A DNA stretch of 64,000 bases from Rhodothermales bacterium (GTDB lineage Bacteria > Bacteroidota > Rhodothermia > Rhodothermales > VXPQ01). Both the position numbers and the translations under genes were made by a program. The notes beneath the pieces are model-generated. The model was not told the origin of the DNA, did no database searches, and saw only the letters and a list, made by a program, of their open reading frames with translations. Where the stretch lies: contig JBBDTI010000084.1 in assembly GCA_040904565.1 (NCBI GenBank), positions 11,939-75,938 of the forward strand, written 5' to 3'. This document shows positions 20,607 to 32,795 of the stretch, one piece after another (positions within the stretch are counted from its first letter, which is position 1; each line of letters opens with the position of its first letter).

Positions 20607-23606
20607 AATGACGATAGCCATCGGCGTTTGAATCTCCTTTCCCGGCTCGCCGCCTCCCAGTGCGAGCGGTATGAGTGCGAGTCCAGCCGTCAGCGCCGTC
20701 ATCAGAATGGGGTTTAGTCGTTCCATCGAGCCCCGAAAGACGGCTTCTCGCAGCGATTGCCCCTCACCGAGCAGGTGGGTGTAATGACTGACGAGCAGGA
20801 TTCCGTTGCGCACGGCGATGCCGAAGAGGGTGATGAAGCCGACGAGCGCGGCCACGTTCAGTTCGCCGTCTAGGAACAGAACCAGGGCGCCCACGCCGCC
20901 GGTCAGTGCGAGCGGCAGGTTGACCATGATGAGCAGGGCCGCGCGGCCGCTCGAAAACTCCTGGTAGAGAAGCAGGAAAATGAGCGCAACGGCGAGGACG
21001 GACAGCAGCGCGATGGTTCGCGTAGCGGTCCGGGCGCTCTCAAACTGGCCGCCGATCTCTACGAAGTAGTTTTCCGGCAGATTTACCTGCTCCGACAGGG
21101 CCGACTCGATGTCGCCGACGACGCTACCCGCGTCGCGCCCCGCTACGTTCGAGGAGACGACGAGGGTCCGCTGTACGTTCTCGCGGCTGACGGCGTTTGG
21201 CCCCCGTTCCATCTGTACGGTGGCGAGCTCGCCCAGCGGCACCTGCGGCCCGAGCGGGGTGTCGATGAGGGCCTCGCGGACGTTTTCGAGGCTGCCTCGA
21301 TGGGCCTCACCGTAGCGTACGACGAGGTCGTAGGTCTCCTGGCCCTCTCGGATCTGTGAGACGGCTTCGCCGCCGAAGGCCACGTCGATCGCCTCGGCCA
21401 GCCGCCCGGGGGTGACGCCGTACGTCGCCATCGCGGTCCGATCGCCGTAGATGCGCAGCTGGGGAACGTCGGCCTGCTGTTCGACGGACAGGTCGACGAT
21501 GCCGGGCACCCCTTCGATCGCCGTGCTGATCTGTTGACCGAGCCGACGCAGCTCGTAGAGGTCGGGGCCGAAGATCTTCACGGCGATGGCTGCCCGCGTA
21601 CCAGAGAGCATGTGGTCGATCCGATGCCCGATCGGCTGGCCGATCGTCACGTTTAGCCCGGGGACGCCCGCGAGTGACGCGCGCAGCTCCTCAAGCACGG
21701 TTTCCAGGCTGAAATCGGACAGGTCGAGGCGTACGTCTATCTCGGCGGCGTTAGCGCCCTGTGCATGCTCGTCGAGCTCGGCGCGGCCGGTACGGCGAGA
21801 CGTGCCGTCGACGGCCGGATGTTCGAGGAGCAGGCGTTCGACGCGCCGGCCGATCTCGTTCGCCGTATCGAGCCCCGTTCCCGGCGCCGATATGGCTGAT
21901 ATCACGAGTGTGCCTTCCTGAAACTCGGGTAGAAAACCACTCCCCAGAAACGGAAGGGTGGCCAGCGTAGCCGCGACGAGGAGGAAGGCGGTCGCAACGA
22001 CGATGCCCGTCCGTTCGAGGACGACGTCGAGCGTCGCCGCATAGGCTCGCTTGAGCCGCACGACGAGCCAGCTTTCGTCCGGATGGTATATGCTCCGCGC
22101 AGTCGGCAGTAGATAATAACAGAGCACAGGCGTTACGGTGACTGCAACGATCAGGGAGGCGAGAATGGAAACGATATAAGCAAAGCCGAGCGGCTGCAGC
22201 ATGCGCCCTTCCACGCCCGAAAGGAAGAAGAGCGGAATGAATACGATCGCGATGATGAGCGTCGCGTTGAGGATGGGGCCGCGGACTTCTTTCGAGGCCT
22301 CGAAAACGACGTTGAAAGCGGAGCGCCGAATCGACGCGGGCCCCGCCACGTTCTCCTTCAGACGTCGAAACACGTTTTCTACATCGATGATGGCGTCGTC
22401 GACGAGGGCTCCGATAGCGATGGCCATGCCCCCCAGCGTCATCGTATTGATCGTAATCCCGAGGAGCTTCATGACGACGAGGGCGACGGAGAGCGAAAGC
22501 GGAATGGCCAGCACGGAGATGGCCGTGGTTCGCAGATTCCACAGGAAAAGGAAGAGGATGAGCACCACGAGGATGGCACCGTCGCGCAAGGCCTCGATCA
22601 CGTTGTCGACGGCGAGATCGATGAAATTCGCCTGCCGGAAGATGCCCCGGTCGATTTGCATTCCATCCGGAAGCTGGCGCTGGATGGATGCCAGCTCCTC
22701 GTCGATGCGCTCCGTCAGCGCGAGCGTGTTCGCATCAGGCTGTTTCTGGATGGAGAGGATCACGGCGGGTTCCGCATCGACGGAGGCCGTGCCGAACCGC
22801 GGCGCCGGCCCGACGGCCACCTCGGCGACGTCGCCCAGCAGCACGGGGGTTCCGGCGCGCGTGGCTACGACGGTCCGGGCGATGTCCTCGACCTGCCGAA
22901 CGCGTCCGATGCCCCGAATCAGGATTTCGCGGCCGCTATCCTGGTAGATTCCCCCGGCGGCGTTCTCATTGGAGGTCTCCGCGGCCGTCAGGACCTCGTG
23001 AAGCGACACGTCGTAGGCGCGCAGTGCCTCGGGGTCGACCCGCACCTGATACTGTTTGACCTCGCCGCCGATGGGGATCACTTGAGCGACGCCGTCGAGC
23101 GACAACAGCCGCCGCCGGACGACCCAGTCGGCGGCTGATCGAACGGCCATCCGATCGTGCACCTCGCTCGTCATGCCGATCAGCATGATCTCTCCCATGA
23201 TGGACGTGATCGGAGCGAGCACCGGCGGGTCGAGGTCGTTCGGCAGCTGCGCCCCGACGAGCTGAAGCTTCTCCGAGACGATCTGCCGCGCCCGGAAGAT
23301 GTCCGTCCCCCAGTCGAACTCCACCCACACGATCGAAATCCCCTGCGCCGACGACGACCGCACGCGGCGAACGCCGGACGCGCCGTTGACGGCCGATTCG
23401 ATGGGAAAGGTCACGAGCGTCTCCACCTCCTCGGGCGCCATGCCGTGCGACTCCGTCAGCACGGTCACGGTCGGTGCCGTCAGGTCCGGGAAGACGTCGA
23501 CCGGCGTCGTGAGTGCGGCCCAGGCCCCCAGAGCCAGCAGCACGGCGGCGCCGAACAGCGTTACGACGCGGTTCGCCAGGGCCCATTTGATAGTTCGATT
23601 CAACAT
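20505..23606 (-). CDS. Heavy-metal efflux RND permease (CusA/CzcA family)
   Basis: PVDVFPDL, APEEVETLVTFPIE, NTMTLGGMAIAIGALVDDAIIDVENV, GFITLFGIAVRNGI, RLNPILMTAL. Confidence 0.95.
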   Translation of the reverse strand: MLNRTIKWALANRVVTLFGAAVLLALGAWAALTTPVDVFPDLTAPTVTVLTESHGMAPEEVETLVTFPIESAVNGASGVRRVRSSSAQGISIVWVEFDWGTDIFRARQIVSEKLQLVGAQLPNDLDPPVLAPITSIMGEIMLIGMTSEVHDRMAVRSAADWVVRRRLLSLDGVAQVIPIGGEVKQYQVRVDPEALRAYDVSLHEVLTAAETSNENAAGGIYQDSGREILIRGIGRVRQVEDIARTVVATRAGTPVLLGDVAEVAVGPAPRFGTASVDAEPAVILSIQKQPDANTLALTERIDEELASIQRQLPDGMQIDRGIFRQANFIDLAVDNVIEALRDGAILVVLILFLFLWNLRTTAISVLAIPLSLSVALVVMKLLGITINTMTLGGMAIAIGALVDDAIIDVENVFRRLKENVAGPASIRRSAFNVVFEASKEVRGPILNATLIIAIVFIPLFFLSGVEGRMLQPLGFAYIVSILASLIVAVTVTPVLCYYLLPTARSIYHPDESWLVVRLKRAYAATLDVVLERTGIVVATAFLLVAATLATLPFLGSGFLPEFQEGTLVISAISAPGTGLDTANEIGRRVERLLLEHPAVDGTSRRTGRAELDEHAQGANAAEIDVRLDLSDFSLETVLEELRASLAGVPGLNVTIGQPIGHRIDHMLSGTRAAIAVKIFGPDLYELRRLGQQISTAIEGVPGIVDLSVEQQADVPQLRIYGDRTAMATYGVTPGRLAEAIDVAFGGEAVSQIREGQETYDLVVRYGEAHRGSLENVREALIDTPLGPQVPLGELATVQMERGPNAVSRENVQRTLVVSSNVAGRDAGSVVGDIESALSEQVNLPENYFVEIGGQFESARTATRTIALLSVLAVALIFLLLYQEFSSGRAALLIMVNLPLALTGGVGALVLFLDGELNVAALVGFITLFGIAVRNGILLVSHYTHLLGEGQSLREAVFRGSMERLNPILMTALTAGLALIPLALGGGEPGKEIQTPMAIVILGGLLTSTFLNMVVVPALFLRFGSKHVLDPDAE

Positions 23607-23627
23607 GCCGGGTCGTTCGGTGAAGTG

Positions 23628-25112
23628 CTAATGCGGATGGCCGTGATCGCCGATTTCGGTCGTCGAAAGCGAGGCCAGGTAGACCTGGTAGGCACCCTCG
23701 GTAACGACGTATTCGCCAGCCTCCACGCCGTCGGTCACGATCGTGTGCGTGCCGTCCGAAGGTCCCACGGCAACCGGTCGGCGTTCGAAGGACTCGCCGC
23801 CCAGCTGAACGTAGACGACGGGCCGCCCGTCCTCGGTCATGATCGCGCGACGGGGTACCGCCACGCCGTGGACGCGGCCTTCCAACTGCAGATGAGCCCG
23901 GACGAACTGACCGATCTTGAGATGCCGGCTCGCGTTGTTGACGGCAAAAGTCAACGGCAGCGTTCGTGTATCCGGGTCGATTGCACTGCCTGTAGCAACG
24001 CGCCTCGACGTCTCATAGCTTGCGTCGTCCCCCTCCGGCGTGAACCGCGCGACCTCGGCTTCGGCGGCACTCGAGATATTGCGGGCGGGTAGGCGAAGGA
24101 GGAGCCATACCTCGCGCGCGTCGACGATTTCGAAAAGCGATTCGCCTGCCTCGACCCGTTGTCCGGGCGTGAATCGGCGCTGCTGAATGACGCCGCCGAT
24201 GGGTGCCCGGACGGTATACGTGTAGCCGTCCGCCGTCCCGCTTTCCATCGCGTCGAGCCCGGCAGTGGCGACCTCGAGGTCGTGGTGGGCTTCGATAAGC
24301 CGGACTTCCGGGATGGCTTCGGCATCGAAGAGGCGCTGCAGGCGCTGGACATCGCGCCGCAGTCGTTCGACGCGCGCTTTTGCGGCGGCGAACGACTGTT
24401 CGTCGGTCGACGGCGACAGTACCACGAGGGACTGGCCGGCCGACACGTGCTCTCCGGGAGCCGGAGCCGATTCGTTCGCTCCGACGAGCGCGAGTCCGCT
24501 TACCGGCGCCGACACCTGGGCCACGCGACCTGCGGCGGGGACGATCTCACCTGATACCGCGAGGCTCCGCGCGATATCGCGTTCTTCGGCACGGGCGACG
24601 CCGAACGTCATCGTCCACTGCTGTTCCTTCAGAAACGAGATCGGTGCTCCGTCAGGCTCCTCCGATAGGGGAATGGCGGATGAATCCGCGAACACCTCGA
24701 TGGATCCGGCACGAACGCGGTCTTGCAGGCGCGGTCCCTGCACGTCGATCGCCAGCTCGTAGGTGCCGGGGTCGGGGAGCTCGGGCGACGGCATAAAGAT
24801 ACCGGGCCGGGCCGGTGCGTCGGCCGACGTCGTATAGACCTGGCCGTCGGCTGCTCGAAAGGCGAGCGTCAGGCGTCCTGCTTCGACGGGGCGGTAGTCC
24901 GTCGTCCGCGTCACGTGGACGGCCCACGGTCCGGCCGGCAGGCCGGCGAGCATGGGCGGATACTCGAAAAATACTTCCATCGAGTCCGTCCACACGGTAA
25001 CGGCGGTGCCCGTGCCGTGCTCGTGCGCTTCTTCCGCCGATCCATCCCCATTGTCGCCGCAGCCGGCGGTAAGGAGAACGGCGCACAGCACGGATAGAAG
25101 GTATCGGTTCAT
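23628..25112 (-). CDS. RND periplasmic adaptor (CusB/CzcB-like) lipoprotein
   Basis: Lipobox TAGC; VSAPVSG, VRAPIGG, VP..AI..DG...VYVQ..ESFERRPV; GDHGHPH tail. Confidence 0.93.
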   Translation of the reverse strand: MNRYLLSVLCAVLLTAGCGDNGDGSAEEAHEHGTGTAVTVWTDSMEVFFEYPPMLAGLPAGPWAVHVTRTTDYRPVEAGRLTLAFRAADGQVYTTSADAPARPGIFMPSPELPDPGTYELAIDVQGPRLQDRVRAGSIEVFADSSAIPLSEEPDGAPISFLKEQQWTMTFGVARAEERDIARSLAVSGEIVPAAGRVAQVSAPVSGLALVGANESAPAPGEHVSAGQSLVVLSPSTDEQSFAAAKARVERLRRDVQRLQRLFDAEAIPEVRLIEAHHDLEVATAGLDAMESGTADGYTYTVRAPIGGVIQQRRFTPGQRVEAGESLFEIVDAREVWLLLRLPARNISSAAEAEVARFTPEGDDASYETSRRVATGSAIDPDTRTLPLTFAVNNASRHLKIGQFVRAHLQLEGRVHGVAVPRRAIMTEDGRPVVYVQLGGESFERRPVAVGPSDGTHTIVTDGVEAGEYVVTEGAYQVYLASLSTTEIGDHGHPH

Positions 25113-25213
25113 TACACGTAGACCTTGTCTGGTAGGGTACCCGAGCCGGCGAGCTGCGGGACACGAGTCCGAAGGGCGACTGACGGAGTGAAGCAGGAAG
25201 TATATACGGCCTT

Positions 25214-25501
25214 CTAATGCGTGTGGGTATCCGGTCCATGTTCGTGACCGTCGTCCGGCGCTTCGGCGTCAACGTCGCCCGCCGCCGATTCCTCCGTACC
25301 GAAGAAGGCGCTCGTTGTATCGAGGTACGTACCGGCCGTATCCGCCGGCATGTCGTGCGTGTGCGTCTCGTCCCCGTGCTCGTGAGGCGCCGGCTCGGCA
25401 TGGATATGTGCGTCTGCGTGGGATTGCTCGTCGGAATCACCGCACCCCAGCATGGCGGCCGGGAGGAGCAGCACAAGGAGCAGAATCGATAGCCTGTACA
25501 T
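25214..25501 (-). CDS. Small His-rich lipoprotein within the RND operon
   Basis: Lipobox MLGC; HADAHIH, HEHGDETHTHD, GHEHGPDTHTH. Confidence 0.75.
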   Translation of the reverse strand: MYRLSILLLVLLLPAAMLGCGDSDEQSHADAHIHAEPAPHEHGDETHTHDMPADTAGTYLDTTSAFFGTEESAAGDVDAEAPDDGHEHGPDTHTH

Positions 25502-25515
25502 TTATTGTAAGTCCG

Positions 25516-26820
25516 TTATTGAAGAGTTGGAAAGCCGTAGGTTTCGATGCGGCCTCCCGCCGCACGGAGCAGCTCATAGAAGGCGTTGTGAAGGTGCATC
25601 CTCATTTCAAGGCGAGAAAGGCGGGCGTCGCTGTAGGCTTCGGCGGCGTCGAGCAGCTCGACGAGCGACATCTCGCCCTCGGCGTATCCTACCTGGGCCG
25701 CATGCAGCAGGCCGTCCGCATCCCCCAGCAGTCCCTCGCCGATTCGTTCGCTGCGTTCGGCGAGCGAGGCGTAGCGATCGTACGCACGCCGGACGTCGCG
25801 CTCCACGGACGCCTCCGTGAGGGCCCTCCGATGTTCCGCAGTCGATAGTGCGGCACCCCGTGCCGCTATCGTTCCACTGTTCCGGTCGAAGAGGGGCAGC
25901 GGGATGGCCGTCCCGACGAATACGCCCTTGAATCCGTTGCTCTGGCGCTTGTATCCGGCCGTTAGCGTGGGACTCGGGACGCGCTGCCGGCGTGCCTCCT
26001 GGGTGCGTGCGCGAGCGGCCTCGGCCGAGGCTCGAGCCCGAGCGAGGTCGGCCCGGTTCGAACGTGCACGGTCGAGGGCGTCATCCAGCGCGACGCGGGA
26101 CGGAACCGCGGGGAGATCCATTTCAACGTCGAGGCGGGCCGCCTCGATTTCCGGCAAAATGAGGAGAGCCAGGTCCCGGAGAGCGTCCCGGCGATCCAGG
26201 ACCGCTTCGGCAAGGCGGTCCTCGTAGCGTGCACGTTCCACGCGAATACGCCGAAGCCGGTATCCGGAAGCTTCCCCTTCCGTCGCGAGGCGGACGCTCG
26301 CGCTGTCAGCACGGCGGAAGAGATCTACTGCTTCGGAAAGGATGTCGCGCCGCTCCGTAGCGCCCGCGGCCTCCACGAACGTTCGGACGACTTCGAGAGC
26401 GAGTCGCAGGCTGTCGTTCTGCAGGTCGGCCCGAGCGACGGCCGTCATCCCTTTGGCCGCTTCAATGCGTGCCCGGCGCAGCGCCGGCCATTCGATGCGC
26501 TGGCTGAGGTTGACGTAACTCTCGGAAAGGGATTCATCCCCGCGCCAGATGGGTTCGTGGGTGATGGATGCGGAGGGATTGGGATACGCGGCGGCCTGCC
26601 GGGCGAGTCCGGCCATCTCATCGGCCCGTGTACGCGCGGCCCGCAGCTCCATATTATGCTGTGCGAACAGGTCAAGCGCCTCGCTCAGGGAAACGCGCTG
26701 CACCTGTGCCCGAATCTCGAGTGCGGAGACGCACCAGAGAACCATGATGAGGACATAACCGGTACCGAGACGCAGTCGTGTCCGAGCACGGCCTGTGCGG
26801 CGGTGTAAGTGGTTCGGCAC
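25516..26820 (-). CDS. TolC/CzcC family outer-membrane efflux protein
   Basis: LSEAL..N.ELRAAR, AYPNP, IPLPLFDRNSG, GYAEGEMSLVELLDA; start uncertain. Confidence 0.92.
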   Translation of the reverse strand: MPNHLHRRTGRARTRLRLGTGYVLIMVLWCVSALEIRAQVQRVSLSEALDLFAQHNMELRAARTRADEMAGLARQAAAYPNPSASITHEPIWRGDESLSESYVNLSQRIEWPALRRARIEAAKGMTAVARADLQNDSLRLALEVVRTFVEAAGATERRDILSEAVDLFRRADSASVRLATEGEASGYRLRRIRVERARYEDRLAEAVLDRRDALRDLALLILPEIEAARLDVEMDLPAVPSRVALDDALDRARSNRADLARARASAEAARARTQEARRQRVPSPTLTAGYKRQSNGFKGVFVGTAIPLPLFDRNSGTIAARGAALSTAEHRRALTEASVERDVRRAYDRYASLAERSERIGEGLLGDADGLLHAAQVGYAEGEMSLVELLDAAEAYSDARLSRLEMRMHLHNAFYELLRAAGGRIETYGFPTLQ

Positions 26821-26935
26821 TTCTGAGATCTTCTCGTATGGAGCGGCCGTTACAGTATTATCGGGTACGATGGGCGCAGGGTTCGCGCCGGTCGCGCGCA
26901 GATTGTCAACGGGCCCGACATAGGAGAACCCTGCG

Positions 26936-27026
26936 TTGGGGTCCCTTTACATGCATTAGGGTCCATTCAGCAGTATACGGAAGCCCCCCTTTAGCCTGCC
27001 TTTTACCTTTCTTTAGAATTTTTAAG
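26936..27026. promoter_or_regulatory. Divergent promoter with about 10-bp-periodic TTAG/TTAC-like direct repeats (candidate OmpR-family sites)
   Basis: ttggggtccctttac (26936) and ttagggtccattcag (26956); ttag 26991, ttac 27003, ttag 27013, ttaag 27022. Confidence 0.4.
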
Positions 27027-27035
27027 GTTGATCTT

Positions 27036-27770
27036 ATGGCTCCGAGTGGTGACAGACCGACCGTCCTCCTCGTGGAGGACGAGCGGAGTCTCGCCGAGCC
27101 CGTTCAACGCGGCCTCCAGGAAGAAGGCTATGCCGTCGACGTAGCCGCGGACGGCCGAGATGGATTGATGCGGGCGCTCGCTGAAGACTACGACGTGCTC
27201 ATCGTCGACTGGCGCCTGCCGCGGCTCGACGGTCGAACGCTCATCGAACGGCTGCGTGGCGCGAATCGACGTATGCCCATCCTGATGCTGACGGCCCGGC
27301 GCGACGTGGGGGACCGCGTGGCCGGGCTCGACGCGGGGGCTGACGATTACCTCACCAAGCCCTTCTCCTTCGAGGAGCTCCTGGCACGGCTCCGCGCGCT
27401 TCACCGGCGGGCGGATGCGTACGATCGGTCCACCGACGCGTTGAGAGCCGATCTCGTGGCCGGACCGCTTCGAATGGACGTGGCGCGCCGGACGGCGTGG
27501 CTGGGGGAGCAGGAACTGGAGCTGAGGACCAAAGAATTTCGGCTGCTCGAGCTTCTTATACGTCGTTCGGACGAGGTCGTCACCAGAACGGTAATCGCGG
27601 AGCGGGTATGGGGTTCGGCGTTCGATGTCACGGACAATGCCATCGACGTGACCGTATCGACGCTGCGAAGCCGGTTAAACGGATCGACGGATCCAGGAGG
27701 CGCGGTGCGGATCGAGACGGTCCGCGGTGTCGGGTATCGTCTCATTGCAGATCACGGGTCGGAGGAGTAG
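27036..27770 (+). CDS. OmpR-family response regulator (CusR/CzcR-like)
   Basis: LLVEDE, D.LIVDWRLP, MLTAR, GLDAGADDYLTKPFSFEELLAR, IETVRGVGY. Confidence 0.95.
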   Translation: MAPSGDRPTVLLVEDERSLAEPVQRGLQEEGYAVDVAADGRDGLMRALAEDYDVLIVDWRLPRLDGRTLIERLRGANRRMPILMLTARRDVGDRVAGLDAGADDYLTKPFSFEELLARLRALHRRADAYDRSTDALRADLVAGPLRMDVARRTAWLGEQELELRTKEFRLLELLIRRSDEVVTRTVIAERVWGSAFDVTDNAIDVTVSTLRSRLNGSTDPGGAVRIETVRGVGYRLIADHGSEE

Positions 27771-29177
27771 ATGATGACGTATCCCTTTCAGCAGTTCTCC
27801 ATCTCGACGCGGCTCGCGGTCTGGTATGGACTCAGTTTCCTGCTCATGCTCTCGGTGTTCGTCGTCTTTCTGTACGCCAGCTTTCATCTCAGTCTCCATC
27901 ACGATTTCAACGATCAGATGCAGGCGGACACGGAGCGAACGCTCGAGATGGTTTCCGGCAGCAGTAATGAGCCGCGGCTGGTGTCTGACGATGCGTTGTC
28001 CAGCGGCGCCTACACGATGGACGGCAGCGCGGGCACCTACGTTCGGGTTCTCTCATCGGATGGCGAGGTACTGCATCGCAGTGCCAACTTCCCGGCCGCG
28101 GCCTCCTTTTCGCCGCGTCCGCCGGCTGGAACGCTGGAGAGTAATCGAGGGCACTCGTGGCAGGGCGCGCCGGCACGCTCCACGTATGCGTCGGTGCGCG
28201 GACCGGATGGGTCGGCCGTCGGCTGGGTGGAGATCACGCGCCTGGAGTCCGCCGTACACCGCGAGCTGCATCGGTTGGGATGGCTTCTCGCCGTTGGGAT
28301 CGTCCTCGGCACGGGCGTGGCGGCCGTGGCAGGTCATCGCCTGGCGCGCCGTGCGCTTCGGCCGGTTACGGACATCACGCAGGCCGCGCGTCGAATCGAG
28401 GCGGAAGATCTGCGGCAGCGGCTCCCGACGGAATTCGGGGTGCACGACGAGCTTACGGAGCTGGCCGAGACATTGAACGGCCTGCTCGAGCGGCTGGATG
28501 CGTCATTCACTCGTGAGCGCCGTTTTCGGGCGGACGCGGCACACGAGATGTTCACGCCGCTCTCGGCCATACAGAGCGAGACGGACGTAGCGCTGCGGAT
28601 GGACCGGAGTCCACCTGCCTACCGGCAGTCCCTGGAAGCGGTCCGGCGGCACGCCGGCCGCATGAGTACCATCGTGGAGGATCTCCTGGAACTATCGCGT
28701 GCGGAGGCGCTGCGGGTAGACGAGGTCGGCCCGGTGGACGTCGGCCGGGCTGTCGCCGGCGTCGTCGACGAGTTCCAGGGGCGGGCGGCGGAACGCGGCA
28801 TTGCGCTCCGAATCCGGACGGATTCGGGCGTCGAGGCGCGAATCAGTCCGAGCGATCTCGTGAGCGTCGTTACAAACCTCATCGACAACGCGATCAAGTA
28901 TACTCCCGAAAAGGGTTGCGTGGAGGCGGCTGTTCGTCTGGAGGGGCGCCATGCCGTCGTCCGCGTCAAGGATACGGGCAGGGGGCTATCCGGCGGGCAG
29001 AAAGAGCAGTTGTTCGATCGGTTCTACAGGGCAGGTAACGGCAAGGACGTACGCGGGAGCGGACTCGGTCTGTCTATCGCGCAGGCCATCGTAGCTGCGT
29101 ACGGCGGCACGCTGGACGCCGAGAGCAGCGGTGCCGGCGAAGGGAGTACCTTTACCGTACGGCTGCCGAGGGCCTGA
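27771..29177 (+). CDS. HAMP sensor histidine kinase (CusS/CzcS-like)
   Basis: Two TMs, HAMP, H-box ADAAHEMFTPL, NLIDNAIKYT, DTG.G, FDRFYR, GSGLGLSI. Confidence 0.95.
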   Translation: MMTYPFQQFSISTRLAVWYGLSFLLMLSVFVVFLYASFHLSLHHDFNDQMQADTERTLEMVSGSSNEPRLVSDDALSSGAYTMDGSAGTYVRVLSSDGEVLHRSANFPAAASFSPRPPAGTLESNRGHSWQGAPARSTYASVRGPDGSAVGWVEITRLESAVHRELHRLGWLLAVGIVLGTGVAAVAGHRLARRALRPVTDITQAARRIEAEDLRQRLPTEFGVHDELTELAETLNGLLERLDASFTRERRFRADAAHEMFTPLSAIQSETDVALRMDRSPPAYRQSLEAVRRHAGRMSTIVEDLLELSRAEALRVDEVGPVDVGRAVAGVVDEFQGRAAERGIALRIRTDSGVEARISPSDLVSVVTNLIDNAIKYTPEKGCVEAAVRLEGRHAVVRVKDTGRGLSGGQKEQLFDRFYRAGNGKDVRGSGLGLSIAQAIVAAYGGTLDAESSGAGEGSTFTVRLPRA

Positions 29178-29195
29178 GCAGCAGGCCCGTAGTAC

Positions 29196-29741
29196 CTACG
29201 CCGCCACCGGCTTCAGCAGCGCGCGCACGCCGAAGGGCATGCGCCGGTCGCGCTCCGTCCATTCCAGGTGCGGATCGGCATCGGGAAACGACGCCCCCAG
29301 CGCGGACTCCAGCGAATCTCTTAGGAGATCGAGCGATGCGGCCTCGTTCGGGACCTGGAGCCGGTCCAGGAAGATCACCTCGATCTCGTTCCGGTCGAAC
29401 GTAAGGTCGGTCTCGTCTTCCAACCGGTCGGCGGCCTGCAGCACCTGGCCCAGGGCCAGCCCAATCGCTTCGGCGGTATCCTCCGGGACGTCTCGCTTGC
29501 GCGTGTAGATGAGCCCTGGACGTCCGTAGGCGAGGTCTATGCCGTAGTCCGCCTCGTGGGCGATCAGCATGACGCCCGGCCCGTCGGGGACGTGGGCGTA
29601 GTTGGCCACGTCGATCAGGAGCTCTTCAAAGGCCTGCTCCTGGATCCACGAGTGAAAGACCGGGATCAGGGCTTCCATGTCGAGCTCTTCCGGGTTCTCG
29701 AGGAAGAGCTTGGCCTGAATGCGGTGAAGTTGCATCGTCAT
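29196..29741 (-). CDS. Hypothetical protein directly downstream of the sulfite reductase
   Basis: 4-bp gap to the upstream gene; IPVFHSWIQ...LLIDVANYAHVPDGPGVMLIAHEADY. Confidence 0.8.
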   Translation of the reverse strand: MTMQLHRIQAKLFLENPEELDMEALIPVFHSWIQEQAFEELLIDVANYAHVPDGPGVMLIAHEADYGIDLAYGRPGLIYTRKRDVPEDTAEAIGLALGQVLQAADRLEDETDLTFDRNEIEVIFLDRLQVPNEAASLDLLRDSLESALGASFPDADPHLEWTERDRRMPFGVRALLKPVAA

Positions 29742-29745
29742 GGTA

Positions 29746-32238
<2,493 letters not shown>

Positions 32239-32270
32239 AATGGTATCGGGGGATACGTATTGGGGGTATA

Positions 32271-32307
32271 ACAAAAAAAGCCCACCTGCCGCGCGGGCAA
32301 GTGGGCT
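32271..32307 (-). terminator. Intrinsic terminator in the 5' leader of the sulfite reductase (attenuator)
   Basis: Minus strand AGCCCACUUGCC-cgcgc-GGCAGGUGGGCU followed by UUUUUUGU; G-U wobble fits the minus strand; about 32 nt before the ATG. Confidence 0.85.
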
Positions 32308-32341
32308 CTCGGAATGTGGATACGATAATCTCGATCCGGAG

Positions 32342-32467
32342 CTAAGAGGACCTCCGTTTGAAGCCATCCCCTACCACTGGCACGCACGGCGCGCAGGCGT
32401 TCGAACAGCAACAACAACAGGCTGCCGTCGGCATGTAAGGGATACGAATCACGATCATCGGCATCAT
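32342..32467 (-). CDS. Poly-cysteine leader peptide
   Basis: MMPMIVIRIPYMPTAACCCCCSNACAPCVPVVGDGFKRRSS* (TGT TGT TGT TGC TGT); alternative starts include 32458 and 32434. Confidence 0.75.
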   Translation of the reverse strand: MMPMIVIRIPYMPTAACCCCCSNACAPCVPVVGDGFKRRSS

Positions 32468-32716
32468 TTCGAGAATTATCACTTACGCTACGATCAGGCC
32501 ACGGGAAAGTTCACGATGAAGTTCACGGCGCGGATCGTGCTGTTCTGAAAAGTAGCCATCGGGGCGCCAACAGCGCAAGTCTTCACTTGCCGCCGTGCAC
32601 GCCTGAGACTCGGTGCCCGTACGGGGAGGCCCCTTCCGCACACCCTGGCGGGGTGCGTACCTCTTCGGCGTAACGCGGCGACGCCGAGCGGCACATAATC
32701 ATCGCCGACCATCGGG

Positions 32717-32742
32717 ATAAAGACGGCGTGCCGCGGCCCGTC
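32717..32742 (+). promoter_or_regulatory. Putative ECF promoter, degenerate copy (ATAAA-N17-CGTC), upstream of the ECF sigma gene
   Basis: ccatcgggATAAAgacggcgtgccgcggccCGTC; shares the ccatcggg context with the 33440 copy. Confidence 0.5.
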
Positions 32743-32795
32743 CGCGTATGGTCGATGGAGGGTCGGGGCAATCATGCGTTCGCGCGAGGGGAGAA

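Noticed and set aside
32470-32790. SAM or cobalamin riboswitch upstream of the sulfite reductase
   Set aside because: Small hairpins are present, but I could not find the SAM-I or B12-box consensus; the leader peptide explains the terminator.
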